Virus record (IMG/VR): IMGVR_UViG_3300033067_000589
Coordinates: 1 to 64,000 of that record
Direction: 5' to 3' (one strand)
Length of the DNA stretch: 64,000 nt
Source: a virus
Taxonomy: Duplodnaviria; Caudoviricetes
Of this stretch, positions 30,701 to 38,790 are shown piece after piece (position 1 is the first letter of the stretch; the number at the start of each line of letters is the position of its first letter). A program made the translations under genes and the position numbers. The notes below the pieces were generated by a model that searched no databases, was not told the origin of the DNA, and saw nothing but the letters and a program-made list of their open reading frames with translations.

Positions 30701-32693
30701 ATTGACCACTGAAATGGATGCAAAGCAACTAGAACTCAAGAATCTAAAAAGAGACCTAGATGCTTCTGATATTATCTATGACCCAACCGTTAAGGATGGA
30801 AGCCACTTATCTAAATATGTCATATCGAACAATAAAAGAACTAACAGAGGTATATCCTTTGAATTAGAAAACGAGCAAAAAGTAACTATACTATTAACTC
30901 GTGACCAAATGAAGGTTATTGATGATATGTTCGAGAATGGTGGTAAGTATGAAGAGGAAATGAAAGTACTAAGAAGATTTTGGAGTTCAGATGCTGTAAA
31001 AAATGTGTTCACAGAAGCAAATGAGGTAAAATACAGGATTGAAGGCGGAAGAGCACAAGAAGTGTTTGGCACTTATATTCCAATTAGAAAAGACACTGCT
31101 GATTCATTAAGTGAAACGTCAGTCGAACCTAACGTAAAGAATATGAGATTCGTTCTCGAGAGAACTGGTCTTGCAGGAAGAATAGTTGGATTAGATATGT
31201 TTTCCATTATGAATGAATACATGGAGCAAAATACAGAATATATCGCCAATGCCGAATATCGTGATTCGCTTCGTACTTATAGAAACTCATTGACTACTGA
31301 TGATACCTCAAAAAACAGGCTTGTATCCGGTGCTGATATGGAGATTGTGGATGCCATTAATACTACATTGAAGGGTATAGATGATATGGTGAGGTCTATT
31401 GACAGTGGGCTTAAATCGAGAAGAGATGCGAATCGTGAATTGGATAAAGCTGGTATTCCTCATAGGATATATAATTTGATACTATCTAATTTCTCTAAAG
31501 CTGTATTCTCATTTAACCTTGGTAACTTATTCAAACAGTCTGCTGGTTATTTAGCTGGTCTTGGTCAGGGTATTGTAGATGATAAATACATATACAGAGA
31601 GGTGGGATATATAGGTAAAATTATTCCAGCATCAATGAAGACATACATCACGAATGATGGTAAGCTATTTGGTAAAGATTTTAATGGATTTTTCAAGGTA
31701 AAAGCAATCGAAAGGGAAATGGAATACCTTGAGAAACATGAATATCATTTTGCTGACATTCTAAGACGTATTCAAGATGAATCTGCATATACCGGAAATA
31801 TAGAACTAGACTCTCTTGATTTTGTATTAAGGAAAAAAGGTAAACTAGGTGATGTGTACCGAGCTGCTAATAAGACCATATTCAAAGGTTTATCTGCAAT
31901 GAGAATGAATGATGCTGCTGTTATCATTGCTTTTGTAAGGGCTGCCAGAGCTGAGGTTACAGATTTAGTTAGAAATGGCAAACTATTGGATGCTGAAAAT
32001 AATCCAATTACTGACGTAGAATCCCCGAAAGCACTGAGATTAATTGCGGAAAAGGCGAGTGAACTTGTGTATAGAACCAACAATATGTACATGGAGAATG
32101 ATAAAACTCCACTACAAAGAAGTAATAATATTCTACATAAATCTATTGGTCTATTTTCATCACAGCCACAAAAAATTTCAAATCTTTTTGCGCAAAGGTT
32201 TATGTCTGCTGCTCAAGATGGGTTTAAGAATGAAGAGAAAAACAAGACAATGAGATCGACTATGGTATGGGCGATGCTTGCTGGTGCTACCCTACAATCG
32301 TCTATAACAATCATGTATGGTATTCTAAGAAACGGATATGATGAAGAAAGAGAGTACGAGTTGGATTTCTTCTACGAATTTATTAGAAACTTTACTGGTA
32401 TGTTCCCATCGTTGTCTGTGGAAGTTTTAAATGGACTTCTTAGTGCACTAGATAACGCACCTTGGACTGGAGATATTGCATCAAATCCTGTATTTAGCTT
32501 ACTAGAAAATGCAATAAAAGCTACTGCTGCATTGAAAGAGTCTATGGATGAAGACAAGCCAGAGTTTATTAGAGACAGAAAGTACCAAGAAGGCGTAAGG
32601 CAAGGTGCTGATGCTCTTGCCAAGATATTTGGCGCACCAACGGTAGCGGTGAACTTTATCGTAAAACAGGCACTACTAGAGGATAAAAAATAA
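24753..32693 (+). CDS. Large polyvalent ejection protein with zincin-like metallopeptidase motif
   Basis: 2646 aa; Gly/Ala hydrophobic N-terminal segments, coiled coil, acidic linker, FVHEVGH (HExxH), helical C-terminus. Confidence 0.7.
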   Translation: MGKQRSKADIPVNVSAYSLRDVNETLVENRLRDSGFKNVPRSAVQSIVARGGIASKDRKTGEAINIPVSSLPTQKTYETIKGDVESASELFFQGLTDIPVSVSAGIQQMLAGTDKQKLDAIRKWQDDNTNQLSFAAKRMLENEEMSIEKFMFTAGNTVGQIVGSMATAAAGTAIGATAGTAVGGPVGTVGGAIGGFLGGMAVNMPFMYNSLLNSARDAGINDADAVGYAYGAGIGLAALEAVPLSKIAGWTAKSVAPSLTKSVLNKMTTKYGAKSANELIERIGADRFNKEVAVGIYKAARNGIADRVIGKAGAVGMGALAEGGQEITEFYLEKLAQATYDSTRGEGRQAGKGAFGTQFTQEEFFGKKARDEAFWNGVFGAVGGGFAGTVQAVSSPLYKTGVYDTIDTFVKRGKTVDEAVAALNGIIDRRIGEGELAQDIADTAKSAIQNVAQSYNKIGGKFDEPEFRYVVYERISKKDDLVKELGALESKKAEIQGIISQNQGDADIYTVDMMEIDKLIDQKQRQLDFTSTWLKDYTQKYYDNKKAKNTARGQFIDDSINDFIVRTDSFDKKKQTPYEFAKEANDAYNAGMKEIDLQYDSQVKSMNITSLNENVNQDFDEIDTIKTKVRTNPSSNENPEFADVVLATDEDGNIAIRRESIIDGQSKVDYIPIANTPQYEPVVARAKSYFENRDSFEGIASKLVLGQELTEDEAELYEDFADNIDGYKEEMERAANFNANLALAKMFAKPIKEALQGMAPAIQRYQERVAEIDETLARDENIPASNQDLGSTEKNKKLSANEIAKLNQNKQALLAEIEKYNKELQRVTEMNPDDSPLEELNSKELALYQTRMAEVDILFNEMVEKFLTNKASNLDDFYGTYGQYGFLRNMEEYAKSIATQKRLFMDSYNPEIANTINKIIDKARILEAKMQEVRAGIEAAKQKQEEAKAAAEQIKLEKQKAKEAKKLLDEANAKLDKEKKKKQTKKGEPKKEDTPQEQEVQEELTETVAELEQVVKEAGDIIIEAANNIEQIRGELTNEQQLPTDSTENEGGVQSVQTSTTPISGTSETTLQENVTQGEITPEGEGTATMATDATESIVPSGSDDTASTQGGGTQTQLPNVSGDVKTQEEKVSDALEVLNSEKFNELSSSDVDMPSLDNKSADSLESLLAQKQELLKGNLSPEDRQLVQDQIAEIEGQIKQKAIENDEIVTDTKPEVQALNAYNNIPDVAIKVKIQDTKGLIKVTRGKLGDSLNDETRNVIISDIKQVGDKIQVVLYGDENVVNLTKNSENKVIASNQFNEPITVKMNVDEFVSMFTFGNSSELQRRATLENLGITEKPQSEGTVTIPKGTNVQIAYELGNEVKGKSATLQKSLKIDSNNYKLNTDIGLNTGAILSIADATGKIIYQRGATTQTQEQATSAQQGSTDIQNQLLEIKRNGSMTFDSGSQKFFNRFAAGIERIFPGVSIGVLSEQDWIDSGLSPSSRGAFNRKTGQVMLRESMYDGSTFVHEVGHAIMKIIGDVDTNLYNAMLDAVEGTKYEAYVRDNYPNLTTREEILSEAMGYAIQDKGVKMQSRPMAAFRDMMTKAFNAIKKFMGYRTNKDIGDMTLDDFTSEVAGIMFGIKDADIFLDEFDLTQNAELNNYFETEGNTDESSIQYQYFKFQANQQQVAKGIMRGSEYATFSGRVSAGEATMQETIDTLKSIVDSPILESQMASALTTGSGKDKFDGYSFIKANLNDFATDYYNIVTNTDAKNLTPLQNSDIVELGNTMLETYADQHKRSHIEVVQDGKQVQVFVDPAKEASNVNKNVRSFFDAARAKGIMAKYTAKFLTGSMFSNLSNMDTVAQMLSGDNGIMKGIQDLRVHMNKVAARVHNGMRKAIYDATEELTQIARNRGRVSKLKEGNFKPLEEEVNVSFHNNFTGDAELGNSNLTLGQLAYIYLARQTQVDSDFQRRNAGLLKSIANIQKEIDKAKKIGNSKRVSLLTTEMDAKQLELKNLKRDLDASDIIYDPTVKDGSHLSKYVISNNKRTNRGISFELENEQKVTILLTRDQMKVIDDMFENGGKYEEEMKVLRRFWSSDAVKNVFTEANEVKYRIEGGRAQEVFGTYIPIRKDTADSLSETSVEPNVKNMRFVLERTGLAGRIVGLDMFSIMNEYMEQNTEYIANAEYRDSLRTYRNSLTTDDTSKNRLVSGADMEIVDAINTTLKGIDDMVRSIDSGLKSRRDANRELDKAGIPHRIYNLILSNFSKAVFSFNLGNLFKQSAGYLAGLGQGIVDDKYIYREVGYIGKIIPASMKTYITNDGKLFGKDFNGFFKVKAIEREMEYLEKHEYHFADILRRIQDESAYTGNIELDSLDFVLRKKGKLGDVYRAANKTIFKGLSAMRMNDAAVIIAFVRAARAEVTDLVRNGKLLDAENNPITDVESPKALRLIAEKASELVYRTNNMYMENDKTPLQRSNNILHKSIGLFSSQPQKISNLFAQRFMSAAQDGFKNEEKNKTMRSTMVWAMLAGATLQSSITIMYGILRNGYDEEREYELDFFYEFIRNFTGMFPSLSVEVLNGLLSALDNAPWTGDIASNPVFSLLENAIKATAALKESMDEDKPEFIRDRKYQEGVRQGADALAKIFGAPTVAVNFIVKQALLEDKK

Positions 32694-32715
32694 GGAGAAT
32701 CAATCTCTCCTTATT
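32689..32715. terminator. Bidirectional intrinsic terminator
   Basis: AATAAGGAGA...TCTCCTTATT stem overlapping both stop codons. Confidence 0.8.
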
Positions 32716-33326
32716 TTATGAATATATGTGCCACGACCAAGAGATTTACCTTGTTTGACCATTTTGTCTTCAAGGTCTTTCTCTTGGTTTTTTATTAATT
32801 TCCCAACATCTGATACGACCTTTAATGTTTCTGAAATATGATCCATGAACGATCCCTTGAGCGACTGCAACCTTTCGGTTCTATCCTCATCTAGCTCTCC
32901 TCTCCTTGCTTCCTCTTCTAGTTCTTGTATCTGTTTGTTGTAGTCATCAATATATTCTTGCTTTACCTTGTTTATTTTTTCAAAGTCAGCAAGTAGTGAG
33001 CGATAAATGTCAGCTTGTACATCTGGGTAAATTACACCAAAGATAGATTGTGCGTTCTTAAATAGCTGATTTCTATAAAACTCTGATATATTTGTGCGAT
33101 TATCTTCATCTGGTGGATATTGATTTACGATTCCGGTTACAATAGCATCTCTATCTTTTTCCGGGATTGCTCCAAAAGGGTGAGGATTACAGAATAAATA
33201 GAGGTAGTATAGGCCATTCATACCATACTTTGATTTGGCTATATCTCTAAATTGTGGCACTTGCAGGGCTGCATCAATATCTACAATGATGGAAAAATTA
33301 TTTTGTTGGTCTATCTTGCAATACAT
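32700..33326 (-). CDS. Conserved crAss-like packaging-module protein (possible terminase small subunit)
   Basis: 'P.F......YLYLFCNP....PE.DR' and terminal 'RG' pattern recalled from genes next to terL in crAss-like phages. Confidence 0.4.
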   Translation of the reverse strand: MYCKIDQQNNFSIIVDIDAALQVPQFRDIAKSKYGMNGLYYLYLFCNPHPFGAIPEKDRDAIVTGIVNQYPPDEDNRTNISEFYRNQLFKNAQSIFGVIYPDVQADIYRSLLADFEKINKVKQEYIDDYNKQIQELEEEARRGELDEDRTERLQSLKGSFMDHISETLKVVSDVGKLIKNQEKDLEDKMVKQGKSLGRGTYIHKIRRD

Positions 33327-33371
33327 ATTTAAAAATTAATTATATTTGTACTCAGTAAATATACGGAAAAT

Positions 33372-33977
33372 ATGGCGTTCAAAACTCTAATCAAGAAAAG
33401 AAAAACATCCGGCACATCAAGTATATCAAAATCTAAGTTTGCAAAGTTAGATAAAAGAACACGAGCGCACGATATTCAAACAGAATACAGTTCATCAGAC
33501 GTTGAAAATATTTCAATTACAGCAAGATATGAAGATGGTATTTTAGAGTTTACTACAAGAGGGAGATGGATTTCATTAAACTTCATTATGACCAAATCAC
33601 ATTGGGCTAAAGATTCTGGAATTAAGGAGATAACCAAGAAAAAGGTAAGAGAGGCAGTAAAAGGATTGAATGTAAAACTATCAGACTTTGTAATTATACT
33701 AAGATACAACTCAAGATTGGATGACCATAATACTGTAATGATGCCAAAGTATTTTACAGACTCAATTAAGCACAACTGGCTAAAGAATAATAACGGAAGA
33801 ATATTGGTAGATGCACAAGGAAAAAGAATAGTTGAATACGAAGGAATCATAACAGAAGATAATAAGAACTTTTCAAAGGGAACATTACTTATTCCAGATG
33901 CTACTTTACCACACGACACATATATAATGAAATACGTTCCATTTGATAAGATAAAAGACGTATTGACTAAATTATGA
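33372..33977 (+). CDS. RusA-like Holliday junction resolvase
   Basis: SLN....HW, RLDDHN..M.K...D, GII.EDN pattern; TATATTTG box at 33341-33348 upstream. Confidence 0.6.
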   Translation: MAFKTLIKKRKTSGTSSISKSKFAKLDKRTRAHDIQTEYSSSDVENISITARYEDGILEFTTRGRWISLNFIMTKSHWAKDSGIKEITKKKVREAVKGLNVKLSDFVIILRYNSRLDDHNTVMMPKYFTDSIKHNWLKNNNGRILVDAQGKRIVEYEGIITEDNKNFSKGTLLIPDATLPHDTYIMKYVPFDKIKDVLTKL

Positions 33978-34648
33978 AAGTATTTAAAAAGGGCGATCAA
34001 GTTATTGCAGGTAGATACAATAAAGATGTATGTTGTTTTATTCCTGATTACGTAAAGTATGTATTGAGGGAGAGATTGTCGAGCGACTACTATGGCATTA
34101 TTACAACAGTAGGCATACGAGAGATTGTATTCAAGTTGAGTATGGATTACGAGAAAGACGATGACAATAAAGTCTTGGTTTACGACAATAAGAAGAACTT
34201 TGAGATAGTTAATCAGTATGTCGAAATGCTCTATAAGCAAGATATTCGTATGCAGACAGGTTTTGGTATGATGGCTAAGACAAAGGATTTCTTGGATGTG
34301 GCATACAAAATGATTGATGAGTACTTCGTAAAAGAGAACTTACCAGAGATATTGGAAGACGTAGAGATACATCATTCAAAGCCAGTATACAATATTAAAA
34401 GAGTAGTACCAATAGGAAGGTGGATGCACGATGGCATTATGATAGATGGAGCGAGAAGGTATTTACCGTTTAATACGGTATCCAATGTGGTAAAGGCTTG
34501 TGCCAATAGGATAAGAACACGAATGGAAGAAATTTATCCTTACGCTTATGAGTGGAAAAGTACCGGAGGTGATAAGAAAAAACGGTCTGAGTATATTAGA
34601 TTTTGGCATTATGAATTACACACATTTGGTGGAAAAGAGGTTTCGTAA
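33974..34648 (+). CDS. Hypothetical protein
   Basis: 224 aa, ATGA-coupled to the RusA-like gene. Confidence 0.65.
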   Translation: MKVFKKGDQVIAGRYNKDVCCFIPDYVKYVLRERLSSDYYGIITTVGIREIVFKLSMDYEKDDDNKVLVYDNKKNFEIVNQYVEMLYKQDIRMQTGFGMMAKTKDFLDVAYKMIDEYFVKENLPEILEDVEIHHSKPVYNIKRVVPIGRWMHDGIMIDGARRYLPFNTVSNVVKACANRIRTRMEEIYPYAYEWKSTGGDKKKRSEYIRFWHYELHTFGGKEVS

Positions 34649-34702
34649 CTTATTGATTATTAGGCTCGCTCATTTTAGGAAACCTGATAATCAATAAGTT
34701 AC
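34645..34702. repeat. 16-bp perfect inverted repeat with 26-nt spacer
   Basis: GTAACTTATTGATTAT (34645-34660) / ATAATCAATAAGTTAC (34687-34702). Confidence 0.85.
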
Positions 34703-34776
34703 AAACTATAAGAAATAAATTATTTTTTTTTACAACTTGTGAACTTTTTACGGACAAGTCTAGTTATACATACATA

Positions 34777-34905
34777 ACGGCTGGACACCGTAAAAAACAA
34801 AAAAGAAATTTAAGGGCATTTTGTTGAAAGCAACTGGGGTTTATTTGTTTCCCCTGTCCAAGTTGCTGAAACGAATTGCCCTTTTACATTTTATATATTT
34901 TACAA
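34777..34905 (+). promoter_or_regulatory. Structured leader RNA homologous to 12381..12515
   Basis: ACGG-CTGGACA-CCGT hairpin; loop complements the TGTCCA bulge (34855-34860) in a long downstream hairpin. Confidence 0.7.
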
Positions 34906-35640
34906 ATGGAAACATTGTCAATTGGTTTACCATCAAACGCAATCACATCTCTTCAACTGCTAGAGCAAATTAATATCTTTAGGCTTGAAGATGGGAAGGG
35001 TGAATTGTTACACAAGAATCTTCTATCTATAATTCGAGACGAATTTGAAGAGGAGATTAACGAGCTAAAAATTCAGCCCGTTACTTACAAGGATAAAAAA
35101 GGGGAAGAAAGGGTAATGTTTGAACTAACATTATCTCAAGCAAAGCAAGTCCTAACAAGAGAATCCAAGAGGGTTCGCAAGGCGGTGATTGCATATATTG
35201 AAAAGTTAGAAAAGGCATTTCCCAACTTTACTGACCCAGCCGAAGCTGCCGAAGCATGGGCGAAGGAATACAGGGCAAAACAAAAGGCATTAGAAGAGAA
35301 AAAACAACTAGAACTAAAGGTACAAGAAGATGCTCCAAAGGTAGAGTTCTTTGATGACCTAGTGGATAGAAAGCTAAATCTAAATTTCAGAACAACAGCA
35401 AAAGAGATTGGTGTCAAAGAATCTGTATTCATCCAGTATCTCTTAGATAAAAAATATATTTACAGAGGTAGTGGTAATAAGCTATTTCCCTATGCACAAT
35501 ACGTAGGAGAAGATAGCCTATTTGTTATTAAGGAACAAAAGACAGAAAAGTGGGCTGGCACACAAACACTAATTACACCAAAAGGTAGGGCTAGGTTCTT
35601 AATCCTACTTGGAGACAAAGGACAGCACCTTCTTAATTAA
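34906..35640 (+). CDS. Rha-family regulator fused to a KilAC/ANT C-terminal domain (likely start METLS at 34906)
   Basis: ITSLQL, HKNLL..IR, Y.DKKGEER.MF.L; APKVEFFD, TAKE, GTQTLITPKGR. Confidence 0.88.
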   Translation: METLSIGLPSNAITSLQLLEQINIFRLEDGKGELLHKNLLSIIRDEFEEEINELKIQPVTYKDKKGEERVMFELTLSQAKQVLTRESKRVRKAVIAYIEKLEKAFPNFTDPAEAAEAWAKEYRAKQKALEEKKQLELKVQEDAPKVEFFDDLVDRKLNLNFRTTAKEIGVKESVFIQYLLDKKYIYRGSGNKLFPYAQYVGEDSLFVIKEQKTEKWAGTQTLITPKGRARFLILLGDKGQHLLN

Positions 35641-35644
35641 ATAA

Positions 35645-35671
35645 AAAATCCCACTCATAAGGTGGGATTTT
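35645..35671. terminator. Bidirectional intrinsic terminator
   Basis: AAAATCCCAC...GTGGGATTTT stem between convergent rha-like and terL genes. Confidence 0.8.
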
Positions 35672-35674
35672 CTT

Positions 35675-37567
35675 TTACCTGCCAAATGAAAACATATTCT
35701 CACTTCTACCAAACCCGAAGTCTACATAAGCGGTTGGCACAAACTCATTATCAACTTCTTCATCTGTTCTTATTGTTCCAAGGTTCTTTGTTTTCTCAAG
35801 TGCCAATAATACCAAGTGGAAAGCTGATGTTATATCGTTGTTTACTTCTGACCTCCAATAGTTAAATGAATCCATCAGGGCTGTATGTGATATTCTTAAA
35901 TGCCTGTTTGCCTCAAAGTACTTAATACCAAGTACAGTCATGTCTGCTACGACTGAATCTGAAAGCCTTACACCAATTTCTCCATTTACATAAAGTAAAT
36001 TTTGCATAATACCCTTTTCTCTGGCGTATCCAATAAAACCTGCTGATTCATTATGCTCATACATCACCTTTGGGTCGTAGTATAAAATTGCCTTATAGAA
36101 CTCTTGCCAATCAAGCATACGGTTTTTATAGCGACCAAGATAAAAAGCAACTGGCAAGTCTGATAATTCACTATACACTGATGGTCTTCTGTATATAACC
36201 ATGGAGTTTAATGAATCTGAATAGGTTACTTTATCTTTATACACGTCATCTATCCCAGCTACAAAAGCATTTTCTACATCTTCCATATTATACCCAGCAC
36301 CTTCTAGTACCTTCCAGAATCCGGTAGGATCTTCTTTGAAAATAACCCTACCTGTCATCTTTCCTCTTACGTCTTTTTCTTCTACAAACTTTCCTGTAAT
36401 CCAATGTGAATCTAAGTCATGTTCTAGTATATGTAGATAATGAGAGTCTATCTTTTCTTTGTCGTACTCTGTGTCATTGCTAGGAATAAATGATTCATAA
36501 ACAGTAAGTGGGTTCTCTTGAATCTTCATTTTTAAATCCTCTGGCTTTAGGTCTGGAGAATTTCTTTCTTCTTTAATAACCTTTTCTGCCTCTTCCCTTA
36601 GTGATATACCTGTGTAGTAATCAATATAACCTTGATAGCAAATTGATGCCGGAGTAAATATGGTTTTGAATTTATTACCTTTTGGTCTAAGAAAGTTATC
36701 TTTATAGTCTGTGGACTTGTTATTGATACTATCCGATGTACCTCCAACTAAAAGCATACCTACTTTATAATCCCCTTGCCTTAGTGTATCATTTGCTGAA
36801 CCAATAAAAGGGGATAGGTGTGTGTGAATACCTGCCTCGACTACAACAATCAATCCTAGTGCATCTCCACGAACACCAGAACCTTTGGCATCTACAATAG
36901 TTAGGTTGATTGAATTTACGATAGAGAAATTTCGACCATCTATCCAGTAGCCTTGAGATATGACTTCTGCATTATCTACAACTATATCGAGTTCTTTATC
37001 ATCATCATCTCTTTTAAAGAATGGGTGGATATATTCATACATCTTTTTAAGTCTCCTTCTTTCTTTTTCGATGATTGGCTTATTGGGGTATGCTCTGAGT
37101 ATATTTTGATTTTGATTAAATAAGAACCACCAGAGGGTTATCCCCCACTCGGAGGTAGACCATCCCTTACGACGACCTTTGGCCACAATGATATTATCAG
37201 CATCTTTAAATCCGTACTTTGTCATTCCAGACATTCCGTACCAAACTTTATCAAAATACACTTTATCTCCATCTCGATAATAAGGCGAGTAATACCCTTC
37301 TCTTCCTGTGAGTTCATCAAAGATACTTACCTTCATAAAATTTAAGAAAAAGTAATAGATAGGGTTGATAAAAACACCATCTGGGGCTATATACCCTTCT
37401 GTGCATCTTCTTAATTGTTCAACCCACCAATCCCTATCGCTCGCGAAAGAAGATGATGTAGGATTTGGTAGGTCTGGTACTCTTTCTTGAAGAACTGGTC
37501 TGTATTTGACTTGTGCTGAATTAGGGTCTTTTAAAATCCTATCTTTATCTTTCCTTTTTAATTTCAT
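35675..37567 (-). CDS. terL: Terminase large subunit (crAss-like)
   Basis: YYFFLNF, Walker A KGRRKGWS, Walker B VVVEAG, GGT coupling motif, AGIDD nuclease motif. Confidence 0.9.
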   Translation of the reverse strand: MKLKRKDKDRILKDPNSAQVKYRPVLQERVPDLPNPTSSSFASDRDWWVEQLRRCTEGYIAPDGVFINPIYYFFLNFMKVSIFDELTGREGYYSPYYRDGDKVYFDKVWYGMSGMTKYGFKDADNIIVAKGRRKGWSTSEWGITLWWFLFNQNQNILRAYPNKPIIEKERRRLKKMYEYIHPFFKRDDDDKELDIVVDNAEVISQGYWIDGRNFSIVNSINLTIVDAKGSGVRGDALGLIVVVEAGIHTHLSPFIGSANDTLRQGDYKVGMLLVGGTSDSINNKSTDYKDNFLRPKGNKFKTIFTPASICYQGYIDYYTGISLREEAEKVIKEERNSPDLKPEDLKMKIQENPLTVYESFIPSNDTEYDKEKIDSHYLHILEHDLDSHWITGKFVEEKDVRGKMTGRVIFKEDPTGFWKVLEGAGYNMEDVENAFVAGIDDVYKDKVTYSDSLNSMVIYRRPSVYSELSDLPVAFYLGRYKNRMLDWQEFYKAILYYDPKVMYEHNESAGFIGYAREKGIMQNLLYVNGEIGVRLSDSVVADMTVLGIKYFEANRHLRISHTALMDSFNYWRSEVNNDITSAFHLVLLALEKTKNLGTIRTDEEVDNEFVPTAYVDFGFGRSENMFSFGR

Positions 37568-37627
37568 CTCTACTCTTGTTATTATATCAAAAATAGGTAT
37601 TTTTACACAAAAAATTTGTAAAAAGCA

Positions 37628-38590
37628 ATGAACTTAGTTCCAAATTTTGAAATATCCGTACTAGCTGATTCATCGAAATTAATCTTTGAAGATACAACAA
37701 GTAGTTTTTCTATACAAAATCCCGGTGGTTATGGTTCTCCAAACGTAGCTATTACTGATATTGCTGCCACTATTATAACTATTGGAACGCCAAATGGTAA
37801 GCAATTTTCATTAAGAACAAATTTTCTTCCAACTCAAGGTTCTTTTGAAATACCTGCATATTGGCTTAATGAGGGCTTTGAAGTGCCAGTACCTCCTAAT
37901 TTCATAAATAATGCGTGTGGAGACGTAATACCCGTATCACCTATTATTTCTTTTGAGGAATTTGATAGAGGTGTAAACATTCAAGATAGATGGAGATTGG
38001 GTCAAGAAGAACTCATGCAAAAAACATGGGTGGATAAATGCTACACATTCAGGTACGAACTATACATCAAAAATGCCATCGTTGATTATGCTGTAAAGGT
38101 AAAGGCGAAATCAACACAACAACTCTGGGTAATGATAAATAATAGCTGGGTAAATAAAACATCCCAAGCTGTCTATCAAAATGGTTACTATTACTACACC
38201 GTAATTGGCACTACCGATAAAATCACAAAATACGAGATACGCGATTTATTAAATATGATTGCTTGTGGAGATGTATTTCCACAAAATGTTAGAGTCTCTC
38301 CAGTACCACAGAGTGATGATACATTGGTGCTTTGTGCGTTCACTCAATTACAAATTCCTCTATTTTCTAATGTAGATAAAAGACTATCTCAAATGGCATA
38401 TCATCTAACGGCAGGTGGTAAATGGGGGAATAGTAACCATTGGTGTCATCATCCTATTGACAATTTTTCATTAGCACTAGCTTTACTTGATACAGTAAAA
38501 AATGATACAAATTGTGGATGCGAGGTAATTAATTCTACGATTGATTCTGTAAATAATATCTTAGACGAAATTCAAGAAGAGTCATGCTAG
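37628..38590 (+). CDS. Virion structural protein (tail-associated)
   Basis: 320 aa; first gene of the fibre cluster; 'F.D.T......N.GGYG.PN' N-terminus. Confidence 0.5.
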   Translation: MNLVPNFEISVLADSSKLIFEDTTSSFSIQNPGGYGSPNVAITDIAATIITIGTPNGKQFSLRTNFLPTQGSFEIPAYWLNEGFEVPVPPNFINNACGDVIPVSPIISFEEFDRGVNIQDRWRLGQEELMQKTWVDKCYTFRYELYIKNAIVDYAVKVKAKSTQQLWVMINNSWVNKTSQAVYQNGYYYYTVIGTTDKITKYEIRDLLNMIACGDVFPQNVRVSPVPQSDDTLVLCAFTQLQIPLFSNVDKRLSQMAYHLTAGGKWGNSNHWCHHPIDNFSLALALLDTVKNDTNCGCEVINSTIDSVNNILDEIQEESC

Positions 38591-38790
38591 TAAATATCAA
38601 AAGAAACATTGCAAAGGCAAGGATGGATGCGTTAAAAAAATACGACAAATTAACGTATCGTGGCGTTCAAGACTTTGAGCTTGAATTGAAGATAAAGAAA
38701 ATGTATATTTTGGATAGATTTGTTACATCTTGGTCAGATGACCAAATTAAAAATACTGAAAGATATGTCAGGGAATTGCAATCCATGTAA
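38584..38790 (+). CDS. Hypothetical protein
   Basis: 68 aa, overlaps both neighbours. Confidence 0.55.
   Translation: MLVNIKRNIAKARMDALKKYDKLTYRGVQDFELELKIKKMYILDRFVTSWSDDQIKNTERYVRELQSM

Noticed and set aside
33476-34240. 254-aa antisense ORF
   Set aside because: Shadow of two well-formed plus-strand genes; hydrophobic I/L/F/S-rich composition typical of antisense frames. The same applies to the other short opposite-strand ORFs inside large genes (e.g. 27752..28288, 17993..18352).
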